Below are positions 10,880 to 23,900 of a stretch of 64,000 nucleotides of DNA, in pieces; position 1 is the first letter of the stretch, and every line of letters starts with the position of its first letter. This DNA is from Tubulanus polymorphus. Lineage: Eukaryota > Animalia > Nemertea. The stretch is from NCBI RefSeq assembly GCF_964204645.1, contig NC_134027.1:9332485-9396484 (forward strand). The letters run 5' to 3'. The notes below the pieces were generated by a model. The model saw only the letters and a program-made list of their open reading frames with translations. It had not been told where the DNA came from and made no database searches. The position numbers and the translations under genes were made by a program.

Positions 10880-12924
10880 TCATTTGCCGCACGCGTATAG
10901 TCTCGTCTCTTCTCTCGCTGCAAAAGATAATTCGCTCAGAAATTTAAACACATGTCGCCGTTGCTAGCGAATACAATTAAACCCACTTAATCAAAGAACT
11001 AAAATTCATTGATTCATCTTGTTAATCATAACTAAGACCAGAACTAGCTCCTGATAATCTGGATCTAATTTATTGGTTTCTATTGTACTGTATTCAGTAG
11101 TTTTTACTGCACAGGTATATATCGTTTTTACATCAAAGGGTGCTTGCATATCACACATTCCATTAGTCACTTACCCAATTCAATAGCTTTTAGTTCGTTC
11201 TCCATCCATACTTCAGCTACCGCATTGTTAAGTGGGTCATCCGGATTTGGGGCACTTAATAATGCTTGTATAGATAGAAGCACAGTCCTAATCTGGAGAG
11301 CTGGACTCCATTTATCTGACCAAGAAAAAGAGAAATATCAGAACTCATGAATTCGTTTTTGAAGATGCACCATCATCTTTGTAACAGGATAATGAGGTAT
11401 AGGGATAAGGCTAAGGTCAATTTATACCTTGTTTCTCATTTCTGCCGAGCTTCGAAGTTGACCCGCCAGCCACCGCCTACCTATCCCGCGCATCACTTTT
11501 TTTTAGAAATTATTATCAAGCTAACCATAACAGACCCGGCAGCTATAGATATGAACTGATTACAAATTTTACTGCAGTTAACAAAATGACCCGGCCGATT
11601 AGGAGAAACAAGGTATCATTGTTTTCAGCCCAAGTGTCCCAAAACCGTCGGGTTTGAATTCATTCATACGCACCTTTCAAAATATCCAAACATATACGAC
11701 CCAAATTATCTACATTGGGATGGTATATTCGCGTTAGAAAGCGCACTTTCGGAGCCGCCATTGGATAATCTTCCGGTAAGAAGAGTTCTAATTTGAATGT
11801 ACCAGTTTCATACGGCGACTGAAATCAGAATTCATCCCTGTATATAGCCTGTGTAAATGCAGGGGGTTCCGAGGGTTCTGAAATACCGTCGAGCTTTGTC
11901 TGTGCCCCTTGGAGATGCCCCTAGACCCATGGATTTGACATAAAAGCGCCCTTGTTTGGCCCCTGAAAACCACACAACTTTGATGGAAAGTGCCCTTGTT
12001 TGTCGTGATTTCACATAGAAAGTGCCCCCCCCCCCATAATAACGAGTGCCCTTAAACAATTTGGAACCCCCTCGAGATAGGGCCCTGGATCCGCCCCTGA
12101 AATGATATTTTGTCTTTTTCGAAAAATGATCCATCAAAAATATCGAGTACAAGTACCGGTGAATGGTTTTTCATACACCTGAGACTATCTAAATTTGATA
12201 TAAGAAAAACTGAGATTAGTGACATTTCGACTCAATTCTATGAGCTGTTTTAAAAACTGTCGCTTATCAAAATTCCTCGTCCTTGTTGCTACTCTTGTTT
12301 TCATATTTTTACTAGTCATGTAGGCCTAAGCTTAATCAGTTTTGAAAATGGCTTATAGAAATGAGTCAAAACGACCTCTTCAGTTTTTCTTCACAATTCT
12401 GGGTGAGGCCTACATATACTTACATCTTTAGGTCCGTCCATCACTACGTAAAATAGCCGACCATTTTCCTCATCAGGAGTAGCTTGGATCCCAGGGACGG
12501 GTTCTGTCATAAGTCGTTGCGTTTCCTGGAAAGATCAAGAATTTTGGATGAAACAGGCAAACTGACAGAGCTCTTAACCTACCATGATATCGAACACATG
12601 GCATTGTATGCATTATGCTTGTTATTGGTCAGTCACAGTGACACATGTCAGTGCTCCCAGTCCGGACCCAGTCCCCACCAGGTCCCAGACGAGACGTCCT
12701 GGCCAGAATCATTTACCTATGCAAGTCATACTATATGGCCTAACTCTAATCTTATCCATATCTTCGACCCCGTCAACTTTAATGTTTAAGCAACTTCTGT
12801 GGAACTTTTCATTAATCATGATCAACAGATCTCGCCAAAAAATTAAATCGAAATTCGCTCATTTTCAACACTCAACCATTCAATTTACACATACTTTTGT
12901 GATACGCCTGGGTAGTCCTGACAT
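10880..12924 (-). CDS. UBE2N: Ubiquitin-conjugating enzyme E2 N (Ubc13)-like, 151 aa, 5 exons
   Basis: Exons 12924-12895, 12525-12424, 11818-11674, 11315-11175, 10917-10880 (456 nt). [15 protein letters not shown]..., [62 protein letters not shown]: HPN motif and catalytic Cys present. Confidence 0.95.
11870..12099. mobile_element. Non-autonomous DNA-transposon-like insertion (CAGGGGCGGATC-type terminus) in UBE2N intron 2
   Basis: Right end GGATCCGCCCCTG is the reverse complement of the CAGGGGCGGATC terminus seen at 55124; internal GTGCCC(T) subrepeats; left boundary approximate. Confidence 0.5.
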
Positions 12925-13019
12925 TTTCTTTCTATGCAGACAAATACAATTATTAGGTTTTCTTGTTCGTTCGTGATTTAGAAGAAGAGTATCCTTGCAC
13001 AATTATTATGCGGCAACGA

Positions 13020-13082
13020 GGAACAGGCGGAAGAAAAACTGTAAAACTCGCCCAGCCTTTCGTAGAAACCAAAATGGCGGAG
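13020..13082. promoter_or_regulatory. Probable UBE2N promoter elements (ETS-like GGCGGAAG, YY1-like AAAATGGCGG)
   Basis: Motifs lie 100-160 bp upstream of the UBE2N ATG; typical of housekeeping promoters; motif match only. Confidence 0.4.
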
Positions 13083-15490
13083 CCGCAATGGTGAATGAGG
13101 GTTCGAATCCCGCATTTTCGAATAATTGATCCGCTGTTACTCGATCGGAGCTACGGAACTACATAGATAAGAGCGGCCTTGCTTATCGTGATTAGAATTA
13201 ATGGAACATTCGAGAAAGTTCAACCTCCTTTTGTTCATGATTTGTATTGCTGAAAGACCCGAAAATGTCAGAAACCAGACTTTCAAGATCGAGTACGGTA
13301 TTATAATTATCCCATCACACCAGTAAAGTACCATTAAAGATCAAGTTTAAAAAAAAAGGAATATTTGACTTGTTGACTCGGCATGTATGAATTCGAACAA
13401 AAACTGTCTGCTACAAATGAAAAAACTCACACAATCCATGAATGTATTGGATCTATATTTATTTTACCAAAAACTTATGAAGAAAACATAAATACATGTA
13501 TATGTATAGACATGTATACACGAATAGCTTACGCGATCTGTGACATATTTTGAAGATGATAAAATCTTTGCAAAGTAACTATAATCCATCTACATTTCAT
13601 ACATACAAAGAATCTTTAATTTTCAGAAATCTTCAATCATCTAAATATGATATCAAATCAATTGCAATTGCAGGGGTAGAAACTTCACAACTTTTTTTTT
13701 AACGAAAGGCAAAAGTACAAAAAAATCATTAAAGATAGCGAAAAATAAAAAAAAGTCGAGAATCTTGCACAAAGGTTGGCTATGCAACTTTAATTGGATA
13801 TTGTCAAATTACTGAATCTAAACCTAAACTAAATACCATACATAATGCATGGTGTATTTAAACATAAAGACAATGTGAAAACCTCAACACTTTTCCTGAG
13901 TTTAGCTAACAGTCAAAACATACATGCGCTATAGTGATGAGCAAGCATTAAAACATAACATCCAGAAGACAACTTTTTGCTTTACTAATAATAAGGCTCT
14001 TCTCGTAGTTTCATCTCACACAAGAGGAATTAAGCGACTATATCTTAATACCACATAAACCCCGACAAAAGCTACATGTCAAGGTAATTGCTTGAATATG
14101 TAAGTACGAACAAAACCTTAATGAAAAATATACCTACAACAATTATGAGATCTGATAGTGGAATGATATATCATTTTCTAAGAAGCCTAAAAAAGATGTG
14201 AATGCTGTACATGTGTAGTATCAAAATGATGCTCTCAGCATCTATTTCATCTTTAATCAAGGTGACATAAGATATCAGATACACTACCATTAAAAATCGA
14301 TTAAAAAAAACTCTATACTTGGAGTATTTCACCAAATATCTTCTCATAGTCCAGTAATTAAATATTACTTCAACCATTCTAACGCAATTGAAAAAGTCAA
14401 ATATACTCTGGGCTTTTCAATGCAATAGCGATTTAGGACAGAAAAAAATTAGAGATGCTGGCTCAATTAATAGATAAATTAGGCAGGCATGGTCGAGTTC
14501 TACTGCAACCAAACCAAATAGAAAAAAATGTCTTTAGAAATATCAAAGCAATCATAAAACTATATAGAGATCACGCTAATCCGGTATTACAGCAATTGAA
14601 ACAAAGCAACATCGTCCATTAAACATTGATTTACGCACAAAGAAATTGCAACATATACATATAGATGTACGTATATAGTTCTTGTTTATACATATTGGCA
14701 CAAGGAGATCGTGTCAGGAAGAGGGGAGGAAATGCTTTAGTACCATAAGCTGCCATCTAAATGGAAACCGAAAAAGGGTTTTTACTGTAAAATCATAAAA
14801 CATCTTTTTCTAAGTACACGCCATCATGGCAGTGAATTGATACTTCAAATGTATAAGCACAGTTAGAATTAGTGCGTAAACGTTTTAGTAATAATAATCA
14901 ACCGTTAAAAGATATTAGAAATACGCAATAAACTGAGATTCGACAAGGTTCATAATATGGTTGGCACAAAATATTTTCCAGACAACGAATTCTTTAAAAC
15001 AATACATCACAACATAACAGTAAGCAAGTGTCCGTCAAAAGTAGCTCCAATCAGGAAAATTCATTACTCATATGTAAACCACAATAAGACAGTGGCCTCG
15101 TTCTTTCACAACAAAAACAACAAGAAAAGGGCATATTTGGAAAGAGTTAGCATTATTCTTTATGAATTCTTTTTATACCAGTCGATCTTAGCATGTTTTT
15201 GGTTTGGACAAAATGGAAGAAACAGCGAATACAAGTGCATTGTTTTTCCTTCAGCCTGCAGATATTTGTTATGCGCCAACGAAGAAGCTCAGCAAAGTCG
15301 ACCAGGGAAACCTTAATGAGTGATCACCTTTTGCCAAACGAATATATATATATATACATAAAATTGTTTATAGCACGAATATTATGAAGGTATTCATATC
15401 ATATCGCAGTCAGCAGTCACCAGGCATCACAAAATCACATCTATAATTAAGCGTTTATCATTTATTTAGAGGAAGAATTCCGAATTTCCA

Positions 15491-17879
15491 TCACGAAGCC
15501 GACGTATTTTGAACATTGTCCTTCAACGACGTGCCGATCTCGTCGAGATTTTCGATACTGCCTTTCGAACGTATCTTGGCGTGTATTTTAAAGAATTCCG
15601 GTTGATTTTCGCCATCTTCCTCGGCTACATCATTGACAGATGATTGTTTATGTTCATACTAAAAAAAAAAATAAAACAAACTATATCAACTACCAATTGA
15701 CATTTCAGTTTAAAATTAGATTACAGTACAACTTGCGTTAGTCAGTTGGCTGTTAGTCAGAAAATCGGACCAGTGTAGGTCCAGAATTCTAACATTGCAT
15801 TGATGAAATTGCATTCAAAACGTAGATATCCGAGTGCTAAACGTCATCTTCTTTCATGTACCTCTTTAATTTTATTGGCCTGTTTTTCCAGTTCTAATTC
15901 GAAACTTGTTCGTTTGCTTTTCTGAATTTCAACCTGTTCTTTCCTCTTCTGCGAATCCCTTCTTTTTTCCATCTTCAATTGCAATTCCGTCTTCTGATTC
16001 AACACGTTTATTCCCCTGAAAAAAAAGATGGAAAACATCATTCCAAACTTATGCATCAAAGTGATGATGTATGCATGAAAATCTAATTCTGAAAGAGAAG
16101 AGAAGTTTTGAAGGAGCTGAGTGTAGATATGACCAGATTAAGAAAAATGTGACATTCGATGACAAGAGCAACACGTTTCAACATTCAATTATTACTCAGG
16201 TTCAATGATTAGTATTGAAAAATTGATTCTAGATCATTTTGGTTCCAATTTAGATTCCATGAGGTAAGAATAACATCACGTCAAGTGATAACTGCATGAC
16301 AACAGTCACCTTGGAAATAGCCAGGGTTTTAATTCGAATAGCTGGGTGGGGCTGTCAATGTGGTTCATTAGTACTTTACCTGTACTAGCACTACGTATAG
16401 GAATAGAAACATCATCAAAGCTCTTATGTCAGATATATATAGTAGAAGTCTGCGCATAAATGATGAGGAAATATTTGAAAAAAGATTTAAAAATCTCCTA
16501 GGATATATTGCCTAGAATTCTACCCACAGAGACTTACATTTTAGAATTATATAAAAGTTGTCGATGCAGTTCTTGGTGATCTTTTGACTCAGCGCAAGGA
16601 TTCGGTAATTTTTTCGGTTCTATAAGACCCTGAGGTTTTCCGTTGTCCACATCAGGCAACATATTGCCATCGTCATTCTGATAGTCGGGCTCCGGTTCGG
16701 GTACATCTGGAAATGGATGACCTGGAAAAAAACAAGAAAAATTAAGCCCACTTAGCCTACAAGCCAAAACTATATTTTCATATAGACCTGTTCAGATATA
16801 TCGTAAGGAAACTTCAATTTTGAATTTTCACACAAGCCAGAAATCCAAAAGTACAAAGCAAAGAATTGTAGTAGATAAAAATACTGTATAACAAAATATT
16901 TGTATTTGTACCTCATTCACATCCTAAAAAAAACTGAAAATATTCAAAGAGCTTAAATAATTATGTCGAGAACACTCTAAATATGTCGAGTAAATATACA
17001 TTATTAACCCTTTGAACCTGGCTCATGACACAATTTTGTAGTTTATAACATACTCAAACACACTAAAATGATAAGAAAAAATCATTTTGTTTCCCTTGCT
17101 ACATCATACCCATTTTGTCGGAAAATTTGAGCTGTTTGAGCTGTGAACAAGAGGGATTAGCTACTAACTAAGACTTCTCATCACCAAAGTCACCGCGATA
17201 GGTACAGAAAGACACCTTATAGCATTGCGCGGAAGGATGACTAAACATTTCCCAACAAACATTAGACATTATTTTTCTCAAACAAAAGCCCCACTAAAAG
17301 TGCTTGTGTTCCACAGTTGTGAGTTAAGTTGACCGTAGAGCAATTTCAATGCTTAACATTTATCATGCATAGATACTAAAAACATACATAAAATCCTAAA
17401 TTCAATTTGGTAGGATCTGACGTTAAACAATAGGGCCTAAATAGCGGAATAAAAAGATATAAATAAACCATGGGTATAGATTGCAATTAGAGACATCTAG
17501 TCTGTGTGTGTGTGTGTGTGAGTGGAATATCAATAGAATTTTTCCCACGATAAGAATTTAGAATTTCCAAAAAGTTTTTGTACCTACAACAACGATACTT
17601 CAATCAAAAAAGGGTTACATGATACGAGTGTGACAAATAAATGCGTATGAGGATGTTTTCCCAATATTGTTGATTTTTGTACAGGAAATACTGGAAGCAC
17701 GCAATAGTATTGTTTATAGAAGATAGAATCGAGAGGATGGGCATCTTTCTGTGGTGACTAAAAAACCAACGGCGCTCGCTGAATAATCAGTGGAATATAA
17801 TAGGGAAGCAGCTTCGATTATGTGCAACGTAAGGAAAATAAGGCATCCGAGTAATAACAATAACCACGAGACAGATGAA

Positions 17880-17964
<85 letters not shown>

Positions 17965-20900
17965 CAGATGTAAAAATATATCAACTTTAACATAACACTA
18001 ATAAAGTAAATCTATGGTCATATGATACTCTTAAACTGCAACTGCATGTCACACTTAGTATTCGCCAGTTATCTGTGAAGGCTGAAAGCTATCCTTATTG
18101 TCTACGTATTAGGCAACATATATCGTTAATACATATCTAATCAAAAATTGACAATCAAAACGTGTATTGTACGTGATAATTCTAACGCCGAATGTGTTTC
18201 ATAAGCAGTTTTCATTTGAGTTAGAGCTGAAAAAAAATCATTAAAATTCTTTTTCGTGTTTCACTTTTTTACATCTACTGTGTGGCATTGACAGGATTAA
18301 TGAAAGCGTTACAGAAATGTAGAGTTGATACATGTTGAAGCAACCCACCAAGTTCGACAAGTTTCCACAAAAATATCTAGGGGAACTACACTAAAAGATT
18401 GATCCCTAAATGGTTAAATGGGAATCCCTATGGATCCATTACCTACCATTATCGTGATTTCGGAACTTATTCCGGTACGAATTATAATGATGATACTTAA
18501 CGACAAAAGGCACCAGGGAACACATTTTGGGATCACATTTTAAAGTCGTTTCAAAATGTAACGCATTAACTATTTTGAAGCTAATGCACGATTTGAATGT
18601 AGTATTTTGGAATGCAGAATATCGAAGAATTTTTTCAACCGAAACGTGGAAACTTGAAGACACAAGCAGATTGAGGAAAATTCACCTTGTTGCCATTCAT
18701 CAAAGCTTATCATAACTGGAACTTGAAAGCAGGGATCATCCGCATTGGGGCCATGGTGATTGTACCGGTCATCCGGAACAGGACTATAGCTCTTTCGCGG
18801 GCTCAAAGGAGGGATAGGACTGTGGCCTATTCTTGGGCTTTGAGGTGCCGGGCTATTTCTTGGGCTCGGCTGAGGTGCAGAACTCTGACCAATTCTTAGA
18901 CTCAAAGGAGGGAGAGGACTGTGGGTTCTCGGGCTCATAGGAGGGACAGGACTGGAGATATTTCTCGGGCTAAATGAAGGGACAGGACTGTAGTTTCTCG
19001 GGCTCAAAGGAGGGACAGGACTGGAGATATTTCTCGGGCTCGAAGGAGGGCTGGCTGTATTGGGAAAGAATTCCTGTCCTATCAGGCACAGACCTGGAGA
19101 CCCGACGGGGCTGATCGGGGGCGACATTCCAAAATGATGCTTTGACGGGAGCATTATATTTCTCACAGGAGGACTGCACGGCGGAGTACGAAATTCATTT
19201 TTCGGTAAATTACGCGGACTGGACGGTGGAGGAGAGCCGTATTGGTAAAAGTCCCTACTACTACCGCAAGAGACAGCCAGCGGGCTTTGAGGCGGGGTTC
19301 GAGGAATCGGAGAATGAGGGCTATGTAGAGGTGAGGATCGCGAGGTTGGAGACCGTGGACTCATCGGAGGCGAGCGAGCGGGAATCGGAGCAAGGGGAAA
19401 TTTAGGACGGTGTGATGGACTCGAAGGAGGTGAAGATAAGTCGACAACATGCTGCTGCTGCTGCTGCTGCCGCTGTTGGTGAGAATGAGCTGGAAAAAAA
19501 CACCGCATAACAAAATATACATTACTCAATCGTAAAATATAAGGATAATTCATAAGGCAAAGATGTGAAGTTGATCTCTTCAATAAAACATGCCTTCCCA
19601 TTGTATTGATATCATACACCCCTAAAACCTGCCTAATTCGGGAAAAATGATAAAAATCTAAATCTTCCACATTCAATGGTGCTATAGTAGAACTCGCTTA
19701 ATTCGGATTATGACTTATTCGGATGAAATATCTGGTCCACTTAACCTGGAACCATGTTAACTATTATTCATAATTCAGATCTCACTTGATTAATCTTAAT
19801 TTGAAGAAATCTGGGCAGTCACTAGTCATCCGCATTACTGTATGATAATAACAGAAACATTTGAATGAAGTTGGGTTCAAGGTTAACCATTTCCGTAAGA
19901 TTTAGCTTAACCCGACCAAGCTAATATAATAATAATAAGCCAAGACAATTTTGGGGATTAGCGATGGTTTGATAAAATGAGAGAATCATAAATCAAAACA
20001 AGGCAGATATAAAAGTCTAGAAAAAATGAAAATCAATACGTTTGAAAGCTAATTGTCGATACACGCAGAATTGGGATGGAGACAGCTTGATCTGTTATAT
20101 ACAATACGCAGTACACAGTGGACGTGTGATCGATGAAATCAAAACAACAACATTTTTTATTAACAAAACAGCGACGTTGCTGCCAGATCGATTCATTTAC
20201 CTCCTGGAAGATTCGCTTGCATACGATGCATCGCTTCTAATTTTCTCAAGTGCGCTTCTCTTTCGCTCTGAAATGATAAAGATAAACGGGGTCTTCAGCT
20301 TAGATTAGTCGATGTTTCGTTCGCCGTGTAGTTGAATTGAAGATTTACCCGCAACCAACACTTAAGGCATTTCACTATTGCGATATTCAGGGATCTTAGG
20401 GGTTTCCCCAATTACATTTTTTCATAAATTTTTCCTACCCCTAAAAATTTCATATTGATACATAGAATGTATCATTCGTGTATACTTGGTTCGGCTGGGC
20501 AAACTAGACCGGCTTCCAGGTCAGAGTACATCCCCTGCCCCAGATACACAAATCTCTGTTAGAGAACCAGATGCAACTTCTCTTGATTCACCCTGAAACC
20601 CAAACAACGATCTAAGGCCAAGGCCAACCAAGAACAGGCAACGTAGGCCCATTCAAAGTTAAGAAGTGTCAATCATCAATAGCATCGACAAAATGTTTTC
20701 ATAATGTTTATATAACGTGTAGAGAGACATTTAGGCATGTAACCTAAAATTTCAAATTCCAAGGAAAATCTTATTCTGAGACAATTTTTCTGATTTTCCA
20801 TACTTTTTCCATAGCCATAGAAAAAAACAAACAAAGTTTCCATAGCTTTTCCATGGCCTGGAAACAAATTCACATTTTCAAAAAACCTGTAAGAACCCTG

Positions 20901-23900
20901 GTTATTCATTCTAGAATTTGAAGAATATCCAGTCAAAATTCTAACTCACTGATGAAGGTGGTGTACATGGAGTGGGGATTTGATAATTACAGGTCTATGA
21001 GTCCTTGGTTGATTGGGCCAGGAAAGATGTTTTGCCTCACACCAATATGAACGAATATGAACAAACGGATACCCAGCGGTTAACTACAAAACAACTGGAA
21101 GGCTATTCGCATTTGTTGAATATCTAACCTTTCTGATAATTCATTTAAAAAAACTTTTTGATCACCATCAATATGTTTATGCTGAAACCTAACTCAGCTC
21201 AGTTGTCGACGAGCTATTCCCGTTCATTGTAGTGTTGAGCCCGTAAGGCGTTTAACTAGATTCCCTTGTGGGACTATTCCACAAATACAATATAGTGATA
21301 TCAAAAATAAACAAACAAAAAATGAAGAATTTATCGAAACTGTAGCATCATGAAATAAACAAGTTCACACCCAAAACTTGCTAAAAAGATTGATTGGTTC
21401 AGACCACATTTTCCTGGTTTAGCCTATTCCTCTCAGGCCAAGTCGGCCTGACTAGACGGTATATGATGAGTAGCCTGGCAAAGTCCGCAAATTTTCAATA
21501 GAAAAAAATGTATCTTTTGTCCATCTTGATTTTGAATTTAGTAAACTTGTAAAATCACATGATTTGGAAAAAGGTTTGAATAAAAACTATCACAATTTTC
21601 ACTCTTATGTTTTTCTGTAGTCCTTCCAAGGTTTTACCTGGAAAATGCTCAAATAGTAAATGAATTCAAATTTTTTTTCCTGTTCCATTTTAAAACGCCT
21701 TTTTGAAAAAAATTGTCTTTCTCAATTTCTACTTTTTTCACTTTGCCCTTCCGCTTGTTTCTTGAAAAAATCTGTCTCCAAGTAATTAAAAAAAGGCCTA
21801 AATAGCGTGCACTGAAGAACTGGGTCCTAAGATCTACCACAAGAAACAAACTACTATAATACAAGTCAACACATCTGTCAGAATACTTCAGTAAAAAAAG
21901 CTGTTACAGGTAGCACTATAAAAGCAACATTCAGACAACAGATGGTGACTCATAATGACACAACGCTGTGAACACCAGCAAACGGGAAGCTGTCTGTCTG
22001 TGTATCAGCAGTGTCTGTCTGCCTATCAGCAGTCGCCATTATCCTATATCGCGTTTTCATCATCTGAATCATCTACTGCTGAGATAGATTCGGCCGACAG
22101 TTAACGAGGTGTTAGATTATCTTCTAATCAAATAATTCATAATTTATACACTCGCGAGTATCTCTAACATGTGCTGCACTAGTGACATCCACAATTTCAT
22201 TCGGAAAAACATAGCTTTGTAGGAGTAAGCAAGAAAGAAACAGGATTAGGCCCAAAATACAGTAATATGAAGATTCCAGCCTCTATTCAGCGTTGGAATA
22301 CTGTAAATATTTTCGAGTGGGGGTTACTGTTTTGAGAAATTAATCCGAACCTGTCTGACAATATTAGTGAAAAGGCTGGTATTGAGTTTAGTTTTTAACC
22401 AGCCATTAAACATTGCCTCCAATTTACATGTCACTAAATCATGTTTCACATCGAGTACCTAAGTAGTCAATAGTTTTAGAAAGCTTTATCTGCATTTTTA
22501 TGGGTTTTTTAAAATCGCATGAATAATTTATCATCAAGTAGAAATGTGATGCCTAATACATGATCAGGCCCATGCTGAGTGGGGGTTCAGGGAGAGCCAA
22601 CGGATGCCTGAATTTTCCCCTCTAAAAGTCAGTGTGAAAAAATTTGGGTCAAGATTTTTCGAAATTTGGATACAATTTTCATGTTTTTTTTTTGCTTTAC
22701 GAAAAGTAATCCATTCTCCAGTGATTTATCCAGGTACTCAAAAAATGATGTTTAAGATTTGTCCTTCGTCAATAGGAAAGTGATCCTTTTTACGGTGAAA
22801 AATCAGTTCCACAAATGAGTAGATTTGATTACTTATTGAGAAAGCAGCTTCAAAAAATGGCTACTTCTGGTGCACGACTATTGTTTCAGTATCGGTAAAA
22901 GTAGTTAGAATAGAATCACCACGAGTGCAAAGAGTTCTGTTTCAGACTGGAGGCAGCGCTATTATTTTATACATCGATCGTGCGTTATCAATATTTCATC
23001 GAAAAAAAAAACCCTCCAGTGATACTTTTTTCAGCATGACACTAATCGCTGACAGTTCTTTGAAACGACTTCCATAGAAATAGCTCAATACCGAGGCAGC
23101 ATGGACAATAAATTCTCTAATCTATATCTTACCATTCCTAATTCTGAAAGGACTTTTCCAGAATGTGAATCGAAATAGCCTAGGACTAATATCTTTTTAG
23201 TGGGACACTAATTGCTGACAGTTGTTTGATTGAAACCACTTCCACGGATATACTAGCTCAATACGGAGGCAGCATGGACAAAAAATACACTGATCTATTT
23301 TTTACCATTCCTAGTTCTGAAAGCATTATTCCGTGTGAATAGAATGGAGGGACGGGTTCTCACGATTCCTACTTCCTATGAAAAGGGCATAAGACTCATT
23401 GGTCGAATAATCTAAAGTATCCAGCGGACACACTCGTACTACAAATTACTAGAATCAAAGATTTACTTACTTTGAAATTTTCTGGCAACAATTTCCCGAC
23501 TTTTCTCTCTTCGAACTGAAATGTAGACGATGATAGAAATATCACTCGAATGCAGGCTTATATATCGCGATACAACTGAGGCGAGTTGTACGTAACCAAA
23601 CAGGATATGAAACGATGTAAAATTTCATTCAACTGAATTTGCATGAAATACTGCTATTTCACAGATATGACGGCTATGTGATCATAGTCTGAATACATGT
23701 ATGCCCTTATATAGTTATAAAACACAGGCCATTATCAAATCCATAGTATATTTAGTGCTGTTTTCCTGCAATAATACCCTTTGTGACCTGATAGATAACC
23801 ATTTTCCGATGTAAAAATAATTGCCAATCGATCGTGCGTTCTTTTTTCTTGTTGAAAACCCAGTCCGTTTCAGAGAATTTACACATGTATTTGCAGTAAG

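Noticed and set aside
13074-13112. tRNA-like B-box GGTTCGAATCC with an upstream A-box-like word
   Set aside because: Spacing (~25 nt) is too short, there is no cloverleaf, and the A-like word is the YY1 motif; at most an isolated TFIIIC site.
17787-17993. ORFs with IYIYIY repeats
   Set aside because: Translation of the (AT)n microsatellite.
18570-19676. 368-aa ORF as a standalone single-exon gene
   Set aside because: A strong acceptor at 19489 and donor at 18686 bound the Ser/Pro-rich part; the flanks are AT-rich intron read-through.
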